A DNA stretch of 64,000 nt from Acidobacteriota bacterium (GTDB taxonomy: Bacteria > Acidobacteriota > CAIWXX01): the NCBI GenBank assembly GCA_040755995.1, contig JBFMAF010000016.1, positions 32,001 to 96,000 of the forward strand, written 5' to 3'. Made by a program: the position numbers and the translations under genes. The notes beneath the pieces were generated by a model that worked only from the letters and a program-made list of their open reading frames with translations, searched no databases and was not told the DNA's origin. Below are positions 49,300 to 58,179 of this stretch, one piece after another (positions within the stretch are counted from its first letter, which is position 1; each line of letters opens with the position of its first letter).

Positions 49300-49620
49300 T
49301 CAGTCCACTTTCACGTACACAGGCGAGCTTGTGGATCGCACGGTGACGTTGCCCGACGCGTCTGCTTGCAGTGTCGTCGTTCCCGTTCCGAGCATGTCCG
49401 TCTTCGTGGCTTGACTCGCAGGAGCTATGTTGATCTTCACGTTCCGCTCGACCACTTGCTTGAGCCTCGGCGGGTCGGACTGATCGAGGCTGCTCATCAG
49501 CCCGAAGTCCTCCGGGAGGCGCGTCTTGCTGAACAGCTCATAGTAAACCCACCCTCTTAGATTCAAATCCGGAGTGCGAGCGACGATGAAGGTCTCCGCC
49601 ACCTGTTCAGCGTGCGTGCT
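49300..49620 (-). pseudogene. Probable C-terminal fragment of a hypothetical (hydrolase-like) gene
   Basis: Coding-like 100-aa frame ending SSPVYVKVD*, without a convincing start or RBS. Confidence 0.35.
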
Positions 49621-49667
49621 GGGTGATGTTCTCTGTGTCTGGATTAGAGTGCTGCAGAAGCCCGTCC

Positions 49668-51035
49668 TCAGCGCTCGGAGGCAGACGGCTCGTAAGCTCC
49701 CATGTCATGAACCGCGACGCCGTCGCCGTCGCCGTCCTGGGGTCGAGGACTTCCCTCGAAGTCGAACGACGGCGCCCGCGATGGAGATCCGCTGTCCCTC
49801 GCTCGGGAAGCAGCTTTCAGGTGAAAATCTCTTCTAGCGGGGTTCACGAACTGGGGATCCGCCTCGACGTAGTCGGTCCCACGGACCTCGGTCTCCTCGC
49901 CCGTGTACCTGTCGATCAAGTTGTGGTCCACGGTAACCTGGCTCTGCGGCGCGCTGACTGCAATCTGGAATGCAGAGTTCTTGCTGCAGATGTTATTTCG
50001 GACGACGATGGCCTTCAGATCCGGATTGGGGCATGTAATTCCCCCGCCCCATGGGATGCCGTTCCCCCAGGTCGTGTTGTTGATGATCTCGATTCGCCGG
50101 ACGGGTCGAGACGGTCCGGCTCCATAGTCGGAGAGCTCAATGCCACAGTAGCCGTTCCGATAGACGATGTTGTTGTAGATGCGGACGTCCTCGTTGACAC
50201 CGCCCATCTCGGATGCCACCGTGATTCCGCTGTCTTTTATCACGTCGTGGACCCGATTGCCGTAGATCTCGATGTGGTGAGTGCGGTTCTCCCATGCGTC
50301 CACGTAGATCCCGACCGCCGTTGTGTGGTGCACATCGTTGCCATATACCTTCCCGTACGATGAGCCGTCCTTGACGCAGATCCCCTCTTTCTCCACACTC
50401 CTGGGCACATGATGGACGTGGTTGTTCCGGACCTGGAACCTCGTGGTGCCCACGATGGAAATAGACTCCTGCATGCCTCCCGAGCACGCCTTCGACACGT
50501 CGTTGCCGTCTACGTCGATGTCCGAGCACGACCAGACCCCGATGCCGGACGATACGGTCTTCAAGGTGCGATTCTGCGAGAGCGTGATGTAGCTGGAATC
50601 CTGCACGTAGAAGCCGGCGTACCCGGCGTTTGCGATCTTGAGCCCCGAAGCGACTATGTAACGCTTGCCCAGGACGTAGAAGAGGCCCTCGTCTTCCGGC
50701 ACATGGATCCCTCTTCCGTCCAGCAGCGGAGCCTCGCCGGGGTACGCGGCGTAAGTGATCAGGCTGCTTGCGCCGTTGCCTGAGTTCCGTGGCAGCACCC
50801 TTGTCCGATACGTTCCCGCTCGTATGTACACCGTGTCTCCCGCAGCGAGCGTATCGGCCGCCTTCTGGATTGTGCGCCAAGGACTCGAGATGGTGCCAGG
50901 ATTAGAATCGTTGCCATTCACCGACACGTAGAATTCCCCCGCTCTCGATGGCGCTGCAAAGGTCGCGGCACAGATCGCAACGCCGAATGCGATCATCATC
51001 GGAGCAGGCCTCGCCGAAAGCCTAGCGTGATTCAT
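49668..51035 (-). CDS. Secreted right-handed beta-helix (DUF1565/pectin lyase-like) protein
   Basis: YVSVNGNDSNPGT..PWRTIQKAAD..GDTVYIRAGTY; beta-helix repeats; PRPQDGDGDG..DMGAYE tail. Confidence 0.88.
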   Translation of the reverse strand: MNHARLSARPAPMMIAFGVAICAATFAAPSRAGEFYVSVNGNDSNPGTISSPWRTIQKAADTLAAGDTVYIRAGTYRTRVLPRNSGNGASSLITYAAYPGEAPLLDGRGIHVPEDEGLFYVLGKRYIVASGLKIANAGYAGFYVQDSSYITLSQNRTLKTVSSGIGVWSCSDIDVDGNDVSKACSGGMQESISIVGTTRFQVRNNHVHHVPRSVEKEGICVKDGSSYGKVYGNDVHHTTAVGIYVDAWENRTHHIEIYGNRVHDVIKDSGITVASEMGGVNEDVRIYNNIVYRNGYCGIELSDYGAGPSRPVRRIEIINNTTWGNGIPWGGGITCPNPDLKAIVVRNNICSKNSAFQIAVSAPQSQVTVDHNLIDRYTGEETEVRGTDYVEADPQFVNPARRDFHLKAASRARDSGSPSRAPSFDFEGSPRPQDGDGDGVAVHDMGAYEPSASER

Positions 51036-52203
51036 GGCTCTCCCCTCCATCGAAGGTCCGAAACGATTCGTCGCCCGCATGCCTCCCGCGACTCTCCAGA
51101 ACCCGGCCCAGGACCTCCAGCGCATCCGGAAAAGACCGCCGTCCCAGGCCAATCCGAAAATGCCGGCCGGGCATGTCGAACATCGATCCCGGCACAACCA
51201 GGACATCCTGCGATTCCAGCGCGTGATGGCAGAATTCCTCGACCGGCTCGGGCCCAACCCAGCGCGGGAACGCCGTTGATCCGGCCCGAGGCGGAACCCA
51301 GCTGAAGAGTGCCGGATGCCGGGAGAAGAACAGGGTGGCATGGACAATGTTGCTTTGAATAATCGCCAGATTGCGTGCGGTGATCCGTTTTCCCGCGCGC
51401 AACGCCATCAGCGCCAGCACCTCGCTCGGCGCGCTGTGACAGATCGTCGTGTAGTCCTTGAGCTTCAGCCACTGAGCCATGAGGTCGCGCGATTGCGTGG
51501 CGAGCCACCCGATGCGCAGCCCCGCGAGACCCTGAGTCTTCGATAGCCCCGAAAGCGAGACGCCTCTCTCGAAAATCTCGGCGACAGCCGGCAGACGCTG
51601 AGACGAGCTGTACTCGAGGCCGCGGTACATCTCGTCGGAGAAGACGCAAAGGTCGTGCTTGCGCGCGAGAGGCAGGACTGCATCGAGGACCTCACGCCGG
51701 GGCAGATAGCCTGTCGGGTTATGCGGAAAGTTGATGATGAGCAGCCGAGTCCGCGGAGCGAGGAGGCGCGCGAGATGGTCGATGTCCGCCTCCCAGCCCG
51801 CCTCGCTCTCCACCATCGGCCACAACGCCACCTCGCACCCGATTCCGCGCGCGATCTCGTGGAGCGACTGGTATGCGGGTGCTATAGCGACGACGCGATC
51901 CCCCGGCCTGAGCAAACTGAGCATGGCGATGAAGATGCCCTCTTCGGGCGTCAGAACCAAGATGCTCTCCGCTGAGAGCGCGGGATACAGCCGGGCGATC
52001 TCGGCGCGCAGCACCGGATGCCCCTGCGACTCGGTGTAGCCCAGCGTCAGGTTCTCCCACAGTGCCCGGCACTCATCGTCGGACAAAGCGAGCAGCTCAC
52101 GTTGGCTCAGACTCTCGCAATCGGAGGGGCTCAAAAAATAGCGGGCCCTGAACTCATGCTCCGCAAGGAAGCGTTCGAGCTTGAAGGGATTCAAATCCTG
52201 CAT
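51022..52203 (-). CDS. PLP-dependent class I/II aminotransferase
   Basis: NFPHNPTG, SDEMY, LSKTQGLAGLRIGW. Confidence 0.93.
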   Translation of the reverse strand: MQDLNPFKLERFLAEHEFRARYFLSPSDCESLSQRELLALSDDECRALWENLTLGYTESQGHPVLRAEIARLYPALSAESILVLTPEEGIFIAMLSLLRPGDRVVAIAPAYQSLHEIARGIGCEVALWPMVESEAGWEADIDHLARLLAPRTRLLIINFPHNPTGYLPRREVLDAVLPLARKHDLCVFSDEMYRGLEYSSSQRLPAVAEIFERGVSLSGLSKTQGLAGLRIGWLATQSRDLMAQWLKLKDYTTICHSAPSEVLALMALRAGKRITARNLAIIQSNIVHATLFFSRHPALFSWVPPRAGSTAFPRWVGPEPVEEFCHHALESQDVLVVPGSMFDMPGRHFRIGLGRRSFPDALEVLGRVLESRGRHAGDESFRTFDGGESHESR

Positions 52204-52445
52204 GATGGAATCCTACCGGATACCGAGGCAGGTCTCAACGCACCTATGCCATCCGTCCGACGTGTACATGCATTTCGCGGTTCGACTTTGGAAGCCTCGC
52301 AGTTGTCATAGAGCGCATGGCGGGCACCCGGCCGAGGGCGTGAGCCCAGTTCGCCGACTGAGCAGCCCGCCACGCTGGATCGCCCCGGGTCCAGCCGTGT
52401 GATCCGCGTCACACCCGACTGGACGCGGTGCCGGGAGCGGCCTAC

Positions 52446-52470
52446 AATTCCTAGTAGGGGAGTAGGAATT
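52446..52470. promoter_or_regulatory. Rrf2-type operator upstream of the cupredoxin gene
   Basis: AATTCCTA-N9-TAGGAATT perfect inverted repeat; core identical to the site at 45978-45998. Confidence 0.65.
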
Positions 52471-52494
52471 GAACCTGAACAGAAGGACCGAGTG

Positions 52495-54261
52495 ATGATG
52501 ATGAGAAGAATCGCTCTCGCCACTTTGAGCATGCTCGCCGTACCAGTGCTCTACGCGCACCAGACACTGAAGACTCTGACACTTTCTCCGGATTTCAGCG
52601 AGGTCGCGGGGACGCCTCGCATGGCGACGGACACTACCCAGCGCCAGTGGGCGGTCGCGTGGCTTCAATATGGGAGCCCCGTCAAGATCATGGGGCGCAT
52701 CGTGAAGCCGGATGGGAGCCTGAAGCCGCCCAAACTGCTTGCATCGTCAGTCGAGGAGTTCGAGCAGAATTTTGACCTCGCATACGGCTTCGTCGATCGC
52801 ACCTATCTGCTCGTCTTCGAGAATGCTGCCGGATTGCAGGTCCAACGGCTCACGAAGGACCTGGCGCGGAAGGGGAAGCCGATTCTGATCGAGGCGGGAA
52901 CTGAAGGAGTGAATCCGAGGATGGTGTACGATCCCACGGGCAATCGATTCCTGGTGATCTGGATCGGCAACCAGGATGGAAGCGAGCGCAACGCGCTCAG
53001 AGGCGCGGTGCTGGCCTCGACGGGCGTGCCCACTGAGCCTGCGCACACGCTGGCCCTCGCTGCGAAAGGACGAGCGTTGGCCATTCCGTCGGTCGTGCGC
53101 AACGAAGAGACCAACAACTTCACGGTTCTGGTCGTGGAGAAGACCGGCACGGCCGGACGGTTTCTGGGCTTCACTGCCAGGCCCGATGGATCGCTGCTGC
53201 GCTCGACGCCGATTCAATTTCAGGGCATGACCCCGGGGCTCAGCGCCATTGGCGCCTCGGCGTACTCCGAGAGCGGGTTCGGGTTTGCAGCGTGGCTCGA
53301 CCGGGGCAAGCTCAAATACCGAAAGGTCTCGCCGACCGGCGGCCTGGCATCGGGCATCAAGACGGTGGCGAACGCGGCCGACAGCAGCAGCTCCGAGGTC
53401 TCCTTTGTGTACGACGGATCCCACGACGAATTCGTTGGGGTCTGGACCAAAGCCAACGGGGCGTACGCTGCGGGGCTGGCCGAGGCATCAGGCAAGGTGT
53501 CCGACGCGCCGTTTCAGATCGCCGCGTCGGCGCTGAGCCAGTCTCTCCATCCTGCACTATCGATCGATCAGACATCTGGTCGACTGTTTGCAATCTGGGA
53601 GGACAGCCAGGCCGCGTCGAGATCGGCCATCGCAGCCGCCACGAAGTACAGGGTACGAGCTGCGCTGTTCGCCAGGGAGGCGCAGGGTGCCGTCGTAGAC
53701 GTCTCCGGCGAGGACAACGTCTTCGCGCCGTCTACGGTCAATATTTCGCCAGGCGACACCGTGAGGTGGACGATGACCGGCAACAATCCGCATACGGTGA
53801 CGAGTGGAACGCCTTCATCTTCCCCCGGTACGCTGTTCGACAGCGGCACGCTGACCAAGGGCCAGACGTTCCAGTTTCAATTCACGACTCCGGGAACGTA
53901 CCCGTACTTCTGCCGAATTCATGGCGCAATGATGTCCGGAACGGTCGTAGTGGGCGGGGGGCCTTCGACGAAGCAGGTCTCCATTGGAGACGGCTCCTTC
54001 GCTCCAGCCTCGATCTCGGTGGCTGCCGGGTCCACCGTCACGTGGAAAATGAGCTCGACCATGCAGCACACGGTAACCAGCGGCTCTCCCTCGTCGTCGC
54101 CCGGGGCGCTCTTCGACAGCGGCACCTTGAAATCCGGCGATGTCTTCAGTTTCCGATTCACCGACGCCGGAACATACACTTACTACTGCCGCCTGCACGG
54201 GGACGGGATGTCGGGTACGGTGGAGGTCACATCTTACGACGGGGGTGGGGACCCGTATTGA
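52495..54261 (+). CDS. Secreted protein with a beta-propeller-like N-terminus and two C-terminal cupredoxin (plastocyanin-like) domains
   Basis: Signal peptide; two type-1 Cu sites: PHTVT...YFCRIHGAMM and QHTVT...YYCRLHGDGM. Confidence 0.88.
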   Translation: MMMRRIALATLSMLAVPVLYAHQTLKTLTLSPDFSEVAGTPRMATDTTQRQWAVAWLQYGSPVKIMGRIVKPDGSLKPPKLLASSVEEFEQNFDLAYGFVDRTYLLVFENAAGLQVQRLTKDLARKGKPILIEAGTEGVNPRMVYDPTGNRFLVIWIGNQDGSERNALRGAVLASTGVPTEPAHTLALAAKGRALAIPSVVRNEETNNFTVLVVEKTGTAGRFLGFTARPDGSLLRSTPIQFQGMTPGLSAIGASAYSESGFGFAAWLDRGKLKYRKVSPTGGLASGIKTVANAADSSSSEVSFVYDGSHDEFVGVWTKANGAYAAGLAEASGKVSDAPFQIAASALSQSLHPALSIDQTSGRLFAIWEDSQAASRSAIAAATKYRVRAALFAREAQGAVVDVSGEDNVFAPSTVNISPGDTVRWTMTGNNPHTVTSGTPSSSPGTLFDSGTLTKGQTFQFQFTTPGTYPYFCRIHGAMMSGTVVVGGGPSTKQVSIGDGSFAPASISVAAGSTVTWKMSSTMQHTVTSGSPSSSPGALFDSGTLKSGDVFSFRFTDAGTYTYYCRLHGDGMSGTVEVTSYDGGGDPY

Positions 54262-54730
54262 CTTCTCTCCCGACGCGTACCTGATCGGCGAGAGACGGCG
54301 GAAGGGACGAGGTCTGCGAGCGTCCCTTTCGCCTTTCCCACTCCCGGCACCTTCGCCGTAATACCCTGTTGCCCGGCTGGCGAACCGCGATCAGCACAGG
54401 AACGATCCATGCGAGGGCATCGGTTAGCCGGCGGGAGCCTGCTCCTTGCGCCGCCACACGAGCCATGCCGACCGCAGTCTGCCGATAACGAGCGACACAA
54501 CACCCGCGAGCAGAAACGTCATGTCTCCCGTCATGCGAACCAAGTGTTTAACATCGGCGACCTCCGTCCCGTTCCCGACTCGGGCATTCGCACCCGCGGT
54601 CAGGGCTCGGTGGAGAAACTCCGCTTGGCGTCGGGGGCGTGGGTGGAGTAGAATCGCCCCCAACGAAAGGGACACCCACCGAGCGGTGCGCGCCGAGGCC
54701 TTTGCGCACCATGGGGTCAGGCAACGCCGG

Positions 54731-55705
54731 ATGATTCAAGACGGGCTCGTCGAGTATCTCATGCCGCTCAGAACTGTGCCGAAGAACTTTGCCCGACTCG
54801 ACACGCAGCGCCTGATGCTCCAAGACCGCGTTCGCGTGGCCGCACTGCAACGGGCGATCACCGCGGCTGTACAGCCGGGCGACGTGGTGCTCGAGATCGG
54901 AACGGGAACGGGCCTGCTGGCGATTCTCGCGGCACGCGCCGGTGCTCGCAGGGTATACGCGATTGAGATGACGGAGATGGTGGAGGTCGCGCGCGAGATG
55001 GTGCGCCGAAACGGCCTGGCGGCGCAGATCCAGATACTGGAAGGCGTGTCGTTCGAGATCGAGCTACCGGAGCGTGCTGACGTGCTGATCAGCGAGACCC
55101 TGGGGCATCTCGGCATAGACGAGGGCATCGTGCAGACCGTAGCTGATGCGCGCCGGCGCCTCCTGAAACCTCACGCGCTCCAGGTGCCCATCAGCCTCGA
55201 CATCCTGCTTGCCCTGACAGCCGATCGCGCAGCGCAGAATCGCGAGCTGGCATTCTGGCGCCAACCGCTCGCAGGTGTTGACTGCAGCGCCGCTGCCGAC
55301 GCCGCCGCCGGCCGCGTCTACCTGCGACGCGTCATGGATAGCGAGTTGCTTTCACATCCACGGATCGTAGCTCACATCGACCTGACCACGGCAGAACAGC
55401 CGCCCGCTGTGTTTGGTGCATGCCTCGCCGTCTGCAGGGCCGGCGAGGTGAGCGGAATCGCAGCCTGGTTTGAGTGCCAGCTCTTCGACGACGTGCGCCT
55501 CATGTCGCGAAGCACGTCGAATTGGTACCCGGTCCTCTTCCCGGTCGACCCGCCGCTTGCGGTGGCCCCGATGGAGGAAGTCCGGAGCTGCATCACCGTG
55601 CGCGAGCATCGAGGTGAGGCAGCATGGTCATGGTGTGTGCGCGGCGTCTCTGGGGAACGCAGGTGCGGGCGCTGTGATCTACCTGACCCCGGACAGCTGT
55701 CTTGA
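54731..55705 (+). CDS. Protein arginine methyltransferase (PRMT)-like SAM methyltransferase
   Basis: MLQDRVR, VLEIGTGTGLL, VYAIE, double-E loop ISETLGHLGIDE, AAWF, SNW (THW-like); start 54731 or 54761. Confidence 0.85.
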   Translation: MIQDGLVEYLMPLRTVPKNFARLDTQRLMLQDRVRVAALQRAITAAVQPGDVVLEIGTGTGLLAILAARAGARRVYAIEMTEMVEVAREMVRRNGLAAQIQILEGVSFEIELPERADVLISETLGHLGIDEGIVQTVADARRRLLKPHALQVPISLDILLALTADRAAQNRELAFWRQPLAGVDCSAAADAAAGRVYLRRVMDSELLSHPRIVAHIDLTTAEQPPAVFGACLAVCRAGEVSGIAAWFECQLFDDVRLMSRSTSNWYPVLFPVDPPLAVAPMEEVRSCITVREHRGEAAWSWCVRGVSGERRCGRCDLPDPGQLS

Positions 55706-55846
55706 GGTGGAAGAACTTCGGTCGACGACGCCTATCAATACGATCCGGCCAGGTGCAGAGAGAGCTGGCAACAGGCTGTTCGAGTGTGCGAGAATAGGGG
55801 CAGGAGAGAATGCCGATCGGGGGCGGAATCTGCCCGCGATGCGAGG

Positions 55847-56947
55847 ATGAGATCCTACACATGGCCCCAGGCCGCCGTCTGGGAGACGACCCTGGCGTGC
55901 GACATGCGTTGCCGCCACTGCGGATCTTACGCGGGGCGTGCCCGCGCCGAGGAGCTCCCGACCAGGGTGACGCTCGACCTCTGCGACCAGCTCATAGACA
56001 TCGGTTGCTCGCGGGTGATCCTCTCCGGCGGCGAGACCTTTCTCAGGGAGGACTGGGAGGAGATCGCGACGAGGCTCTTGAGGGGGCGGTGCGAAGTCGG
56101 GATCATCTCGAACGGTTTGATGCTGGGCACGGGCTCTGCTCTGCTGGATCGGCTCACGAGTGTCCGCCTCGAATCGGGAGAGATCACGGTCGGCATCAGC
56201 CTGGACGGCCTGGAAGAGACTCACGACTCGATCCGCGGGATGCCGGGAAGCTTCAGGGCTGCGCTCAGGGCCGTCGACCTGCTCATGGAGCGTAGCATCG
56301 CTGTCGTCGTGCTGACGACGGTGAATCGAATGAATCTGCTCGACCTGCTCCCTCTGCGCGACGAGGTCATATACCCCCGGCGACCTTATGCGTGGCAGGT
56401 TCAGACATCCAACTATTACGGGAGAATGAGGGCGCACCCGGAGTGGGTGCTGGCCGATGAGGACTACATGGAGCTTGCCGAGATTCTGGCGGAGTCCCGA
56501 CGGCTTCGCCGATCGGAGCCGAGGACGGACCCGGCGGATTGCATCGGCTACTACGGGATACTCGAAGGCGATCTGCGGGAAACACCCTGGAACGGCTGTC
56601 AGGCGGGGCTCCGCTGCGTCGGCATCCAGAGCAACGGGAACGTGAAGGGCTGCCTCTCGCTGATCGACGACCGGTTTGTCGAAGGGAACATCCGCGAACG
56701 ATCGCTCCTGGAGATATGGGACACGCCTGGGGCGTTCGCGTACAACCGCGAGGCGGACCCGGGGCGGCTGGAGGGCCTTTGCGCCGGATGCGAGCACGGG
56801 CGGAAATGCCATGGCGGCTGCCGGTCGTCTGCACACTCTCACACGGGATCGCTGTACAGCGCTCCCTATTGCCTGTACGGTTTCCAGAGGGCCCGGCCGA
56901 GCCCATCGCTTGCCGGGGTAACGGGATGCGAGCCAGCAATACAGTAG
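55847..56947 (+). CDS. Radical SAM/SPASM peptide maturase, splicease (PlpX)-like
   Basis: AVWETTLACDMRCRHCGS, SLDGLEETHD.IRG..GSF, AWQVQ, IGYYG, WNGCQAG...GNVKGCLSL, CxxCxxxxxCxGGC...PYC. Confidence 0.88.
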   Translation: MRSYTWPQAAVWETTLACDMRCRHCGSYAGRARAEELPTRVTLDLCDQLIDIGCSRVILSGGETFLREDWEEIATRLLRGRCEVGIISNGLMLGTGSALLDRLTSVRLESGEITVGISLDGLEETHDSIRGMPGSFRAALRAVDLLMERSIAVVVLTTVNRMNLLDLLPLRDEVIYPRRPYAWQVQTSNYYGRMRAHPEWVLADEDYMELAEILAESRRLRRSEPRTDPADCIGYYGILEGDLRETPWNGCQAGLRCVGIQSNGNVKGCLSLIDDRFVEGNIRERSLLEIWDTPGAFAYNREADPGRLEGLCAGCEHGRKCHGGCRSSAHSHTGSLYSAPYCLYGFQRARPSPSLAGVTGCEPAIQ

Positions 56948-56956
56948 GAGGGCACC

Positions 56957-57298
56957 ATGAAAATCTCGAGTCATCAGGCGGCGGTCACAGCGATCAAGAC
57001 CGCACTGACCGGCAAGACCGCAGCCGCTGGAAAGGCGAAGCGGAGCGAGCCACTCGCCACGCTCAAGAGGGCCGGCCCGGCGGACGTGTCCAAGATCTTC
57101 TCGCGAAAAGTGGGCGGGCTACCGGCGGATGCCCCGCAAATCAAGATGATGTACGGCCTCCCCACCATGCCGGCCGACAAGCTCCCTGGCCCCGTCCTGC
57201 GGTATGGCCTCATTCCGCATCTGCAATCGCAGCAGCCCACAGAGCCGCAGATCATCATGAAATACGGGATCGCCCCAAAGCCAGGTTCCAATGAATGA
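56957..57298 (+). CDS. Putative RiPP precursor with three X-Y-G sites
   Basis: AGGAGG RBS; start 9 bp after the rSAM stop; cores QIKMMYGLP, PVLRYGLIP, QIIMKYGIAP. Confidence 0.8.
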   Translation: MKISSHQAAVTAIKTALTGKTAAAGKAKRSEPLATLKRAGPADVSKIFSRKVGGLPADAPQIKMMYGLPTMPADKLPGPVLRYGLIPHLQSQQPTEPQIIMKYGIAPKPGSNE

Positions 57299-57316
57299 CC
57301 GTGGGGGAGTCACGCC

Positions 57317-57589
57317 ATGAAGACGCAGCAGCCTGAACTGCAGTTCCGGGTATTAGACAGAGTCGTGGCCCAGGGCCGGACACGGCTCGAGAGCATGTTT
57401 CGCGAGACCATGTCGGACCTCTCACAGCTTTCGCGGGAATCGCTCGACGATGAACAGCGCCACGAGCTGGATAGTCTGCTCGATGCGTACCGTCTCGTCG
57501 AGGAGCTCGTCATGGAACTGGTCTCTCTCAAGGAGGACCTGATGCTCAGAGCGAGATCGGAATCCGGGAGGGTCAGATGTCGCACCTGA
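57317..57589 (+). CDS. Small acidic helical (coiled-coil) hypothetical protein
   Basis: GGGGAG RBS; 90 aa; overlaps the next gene. Confidence 0.7.
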   Translation: MKTQQPELQFRVLDRVVAQGRTRLESMFRETMSDLSQLSRESLDDEQRHELDSLLDAYRLVEELVMELVSLKEDLMLRARSESGRVRCRT

Positions 57590-57999
57590 ACATCCAGGCA
57601 AGTCCGGAAGAGGTGCTCGTCCTGATGGAAGCCAGCATGCTCTTCTACGCCCGATGCGAGTACGAGAAAGCGGAGAAGGTCCTTCGAGGCGCCCTCGTCA
57701 TGTCACCCGGCAATTCTGATATCTACGCCTGCCTGGGGGCTCTCTATCACGCGCAGGACCGTCTGGATGAAGCCTACGAGTGCTATGAGCAAGCGCTCAA
57801 GGGATGCCCGTCGGAAGAGTGCGCGCGGAGCAACCGGGCCACGCTTCTGATGCAACGAGGCAAGGCCGAGGACGCGATCCAGGAGCTCAAGCGGGTGATC
57901 CAGGAGCACGATCCCTCCAACCCGGTCGTCGAACGCTCGAAGGAGCTCCTAAAGGTGGCCGAGTCGCTTGTCACGCGGAAGACAGGGGCCGCCGGATAA
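57577..57999 (+). CDS. Stand-alone three-TPR protein, SycD/LcrH-like chaperone
   Basis: GGGAGG RBS; 140 aa; YEKAEKVLRGAL..P...YACLGALY..Q....EAYECYEQAL. Confidence 0.75.
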   Translation: MSHLNIQASPEEVLVLMEASMLFYARCEYEKAEKVLRGALVMSPGNSDIYACLGALYHAQDRLDEAYECYEQALKGCPSEECARSNRATLLMQRGKAEDAIQELKRVIQEHDPSNPVVERSKELLKVAESLVTRKTGAAG

Positions 58000-58179
58000 C
58001 ATGTGGCTATCGGGTCTGCTGTAGGACCGAGGGCGCGTCCGGGCGGCACTGGGCTGAGGGCGGGGCCGCGTCGCCGTCCGAACCGGCCGGAGCACGATGT
58101 GCCCGACCGCGATCCTGGACAGCCAAACCGCCCCGGCCTATACTTGAGTCATCATAGAGGATTCCGGGGAGGTGGACTC

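Noticed and set aside
51022..52203. Capreomycidine synthase of an NRPS cluster
   Set aside because: Family resemblance only; no arginine hydroxylase or NRPS nearby
54731..55705. Ribosomal L11 methyltransferase PrmA
   Set aside because: No PrmA N-terminal domain; it has a double-E loop and a C-terminal barrel region typical of PRMT-like enzymes
55847..56947. PqqE, NirJ or Ahb heme-biosynthesis radical SAM
   Set aside because: No pqq, nir or ahb genes nearby; the WQVQ, IGYYG and WxGCxAG motifs and the adjacent YG-repeat peptide fit spliceases better
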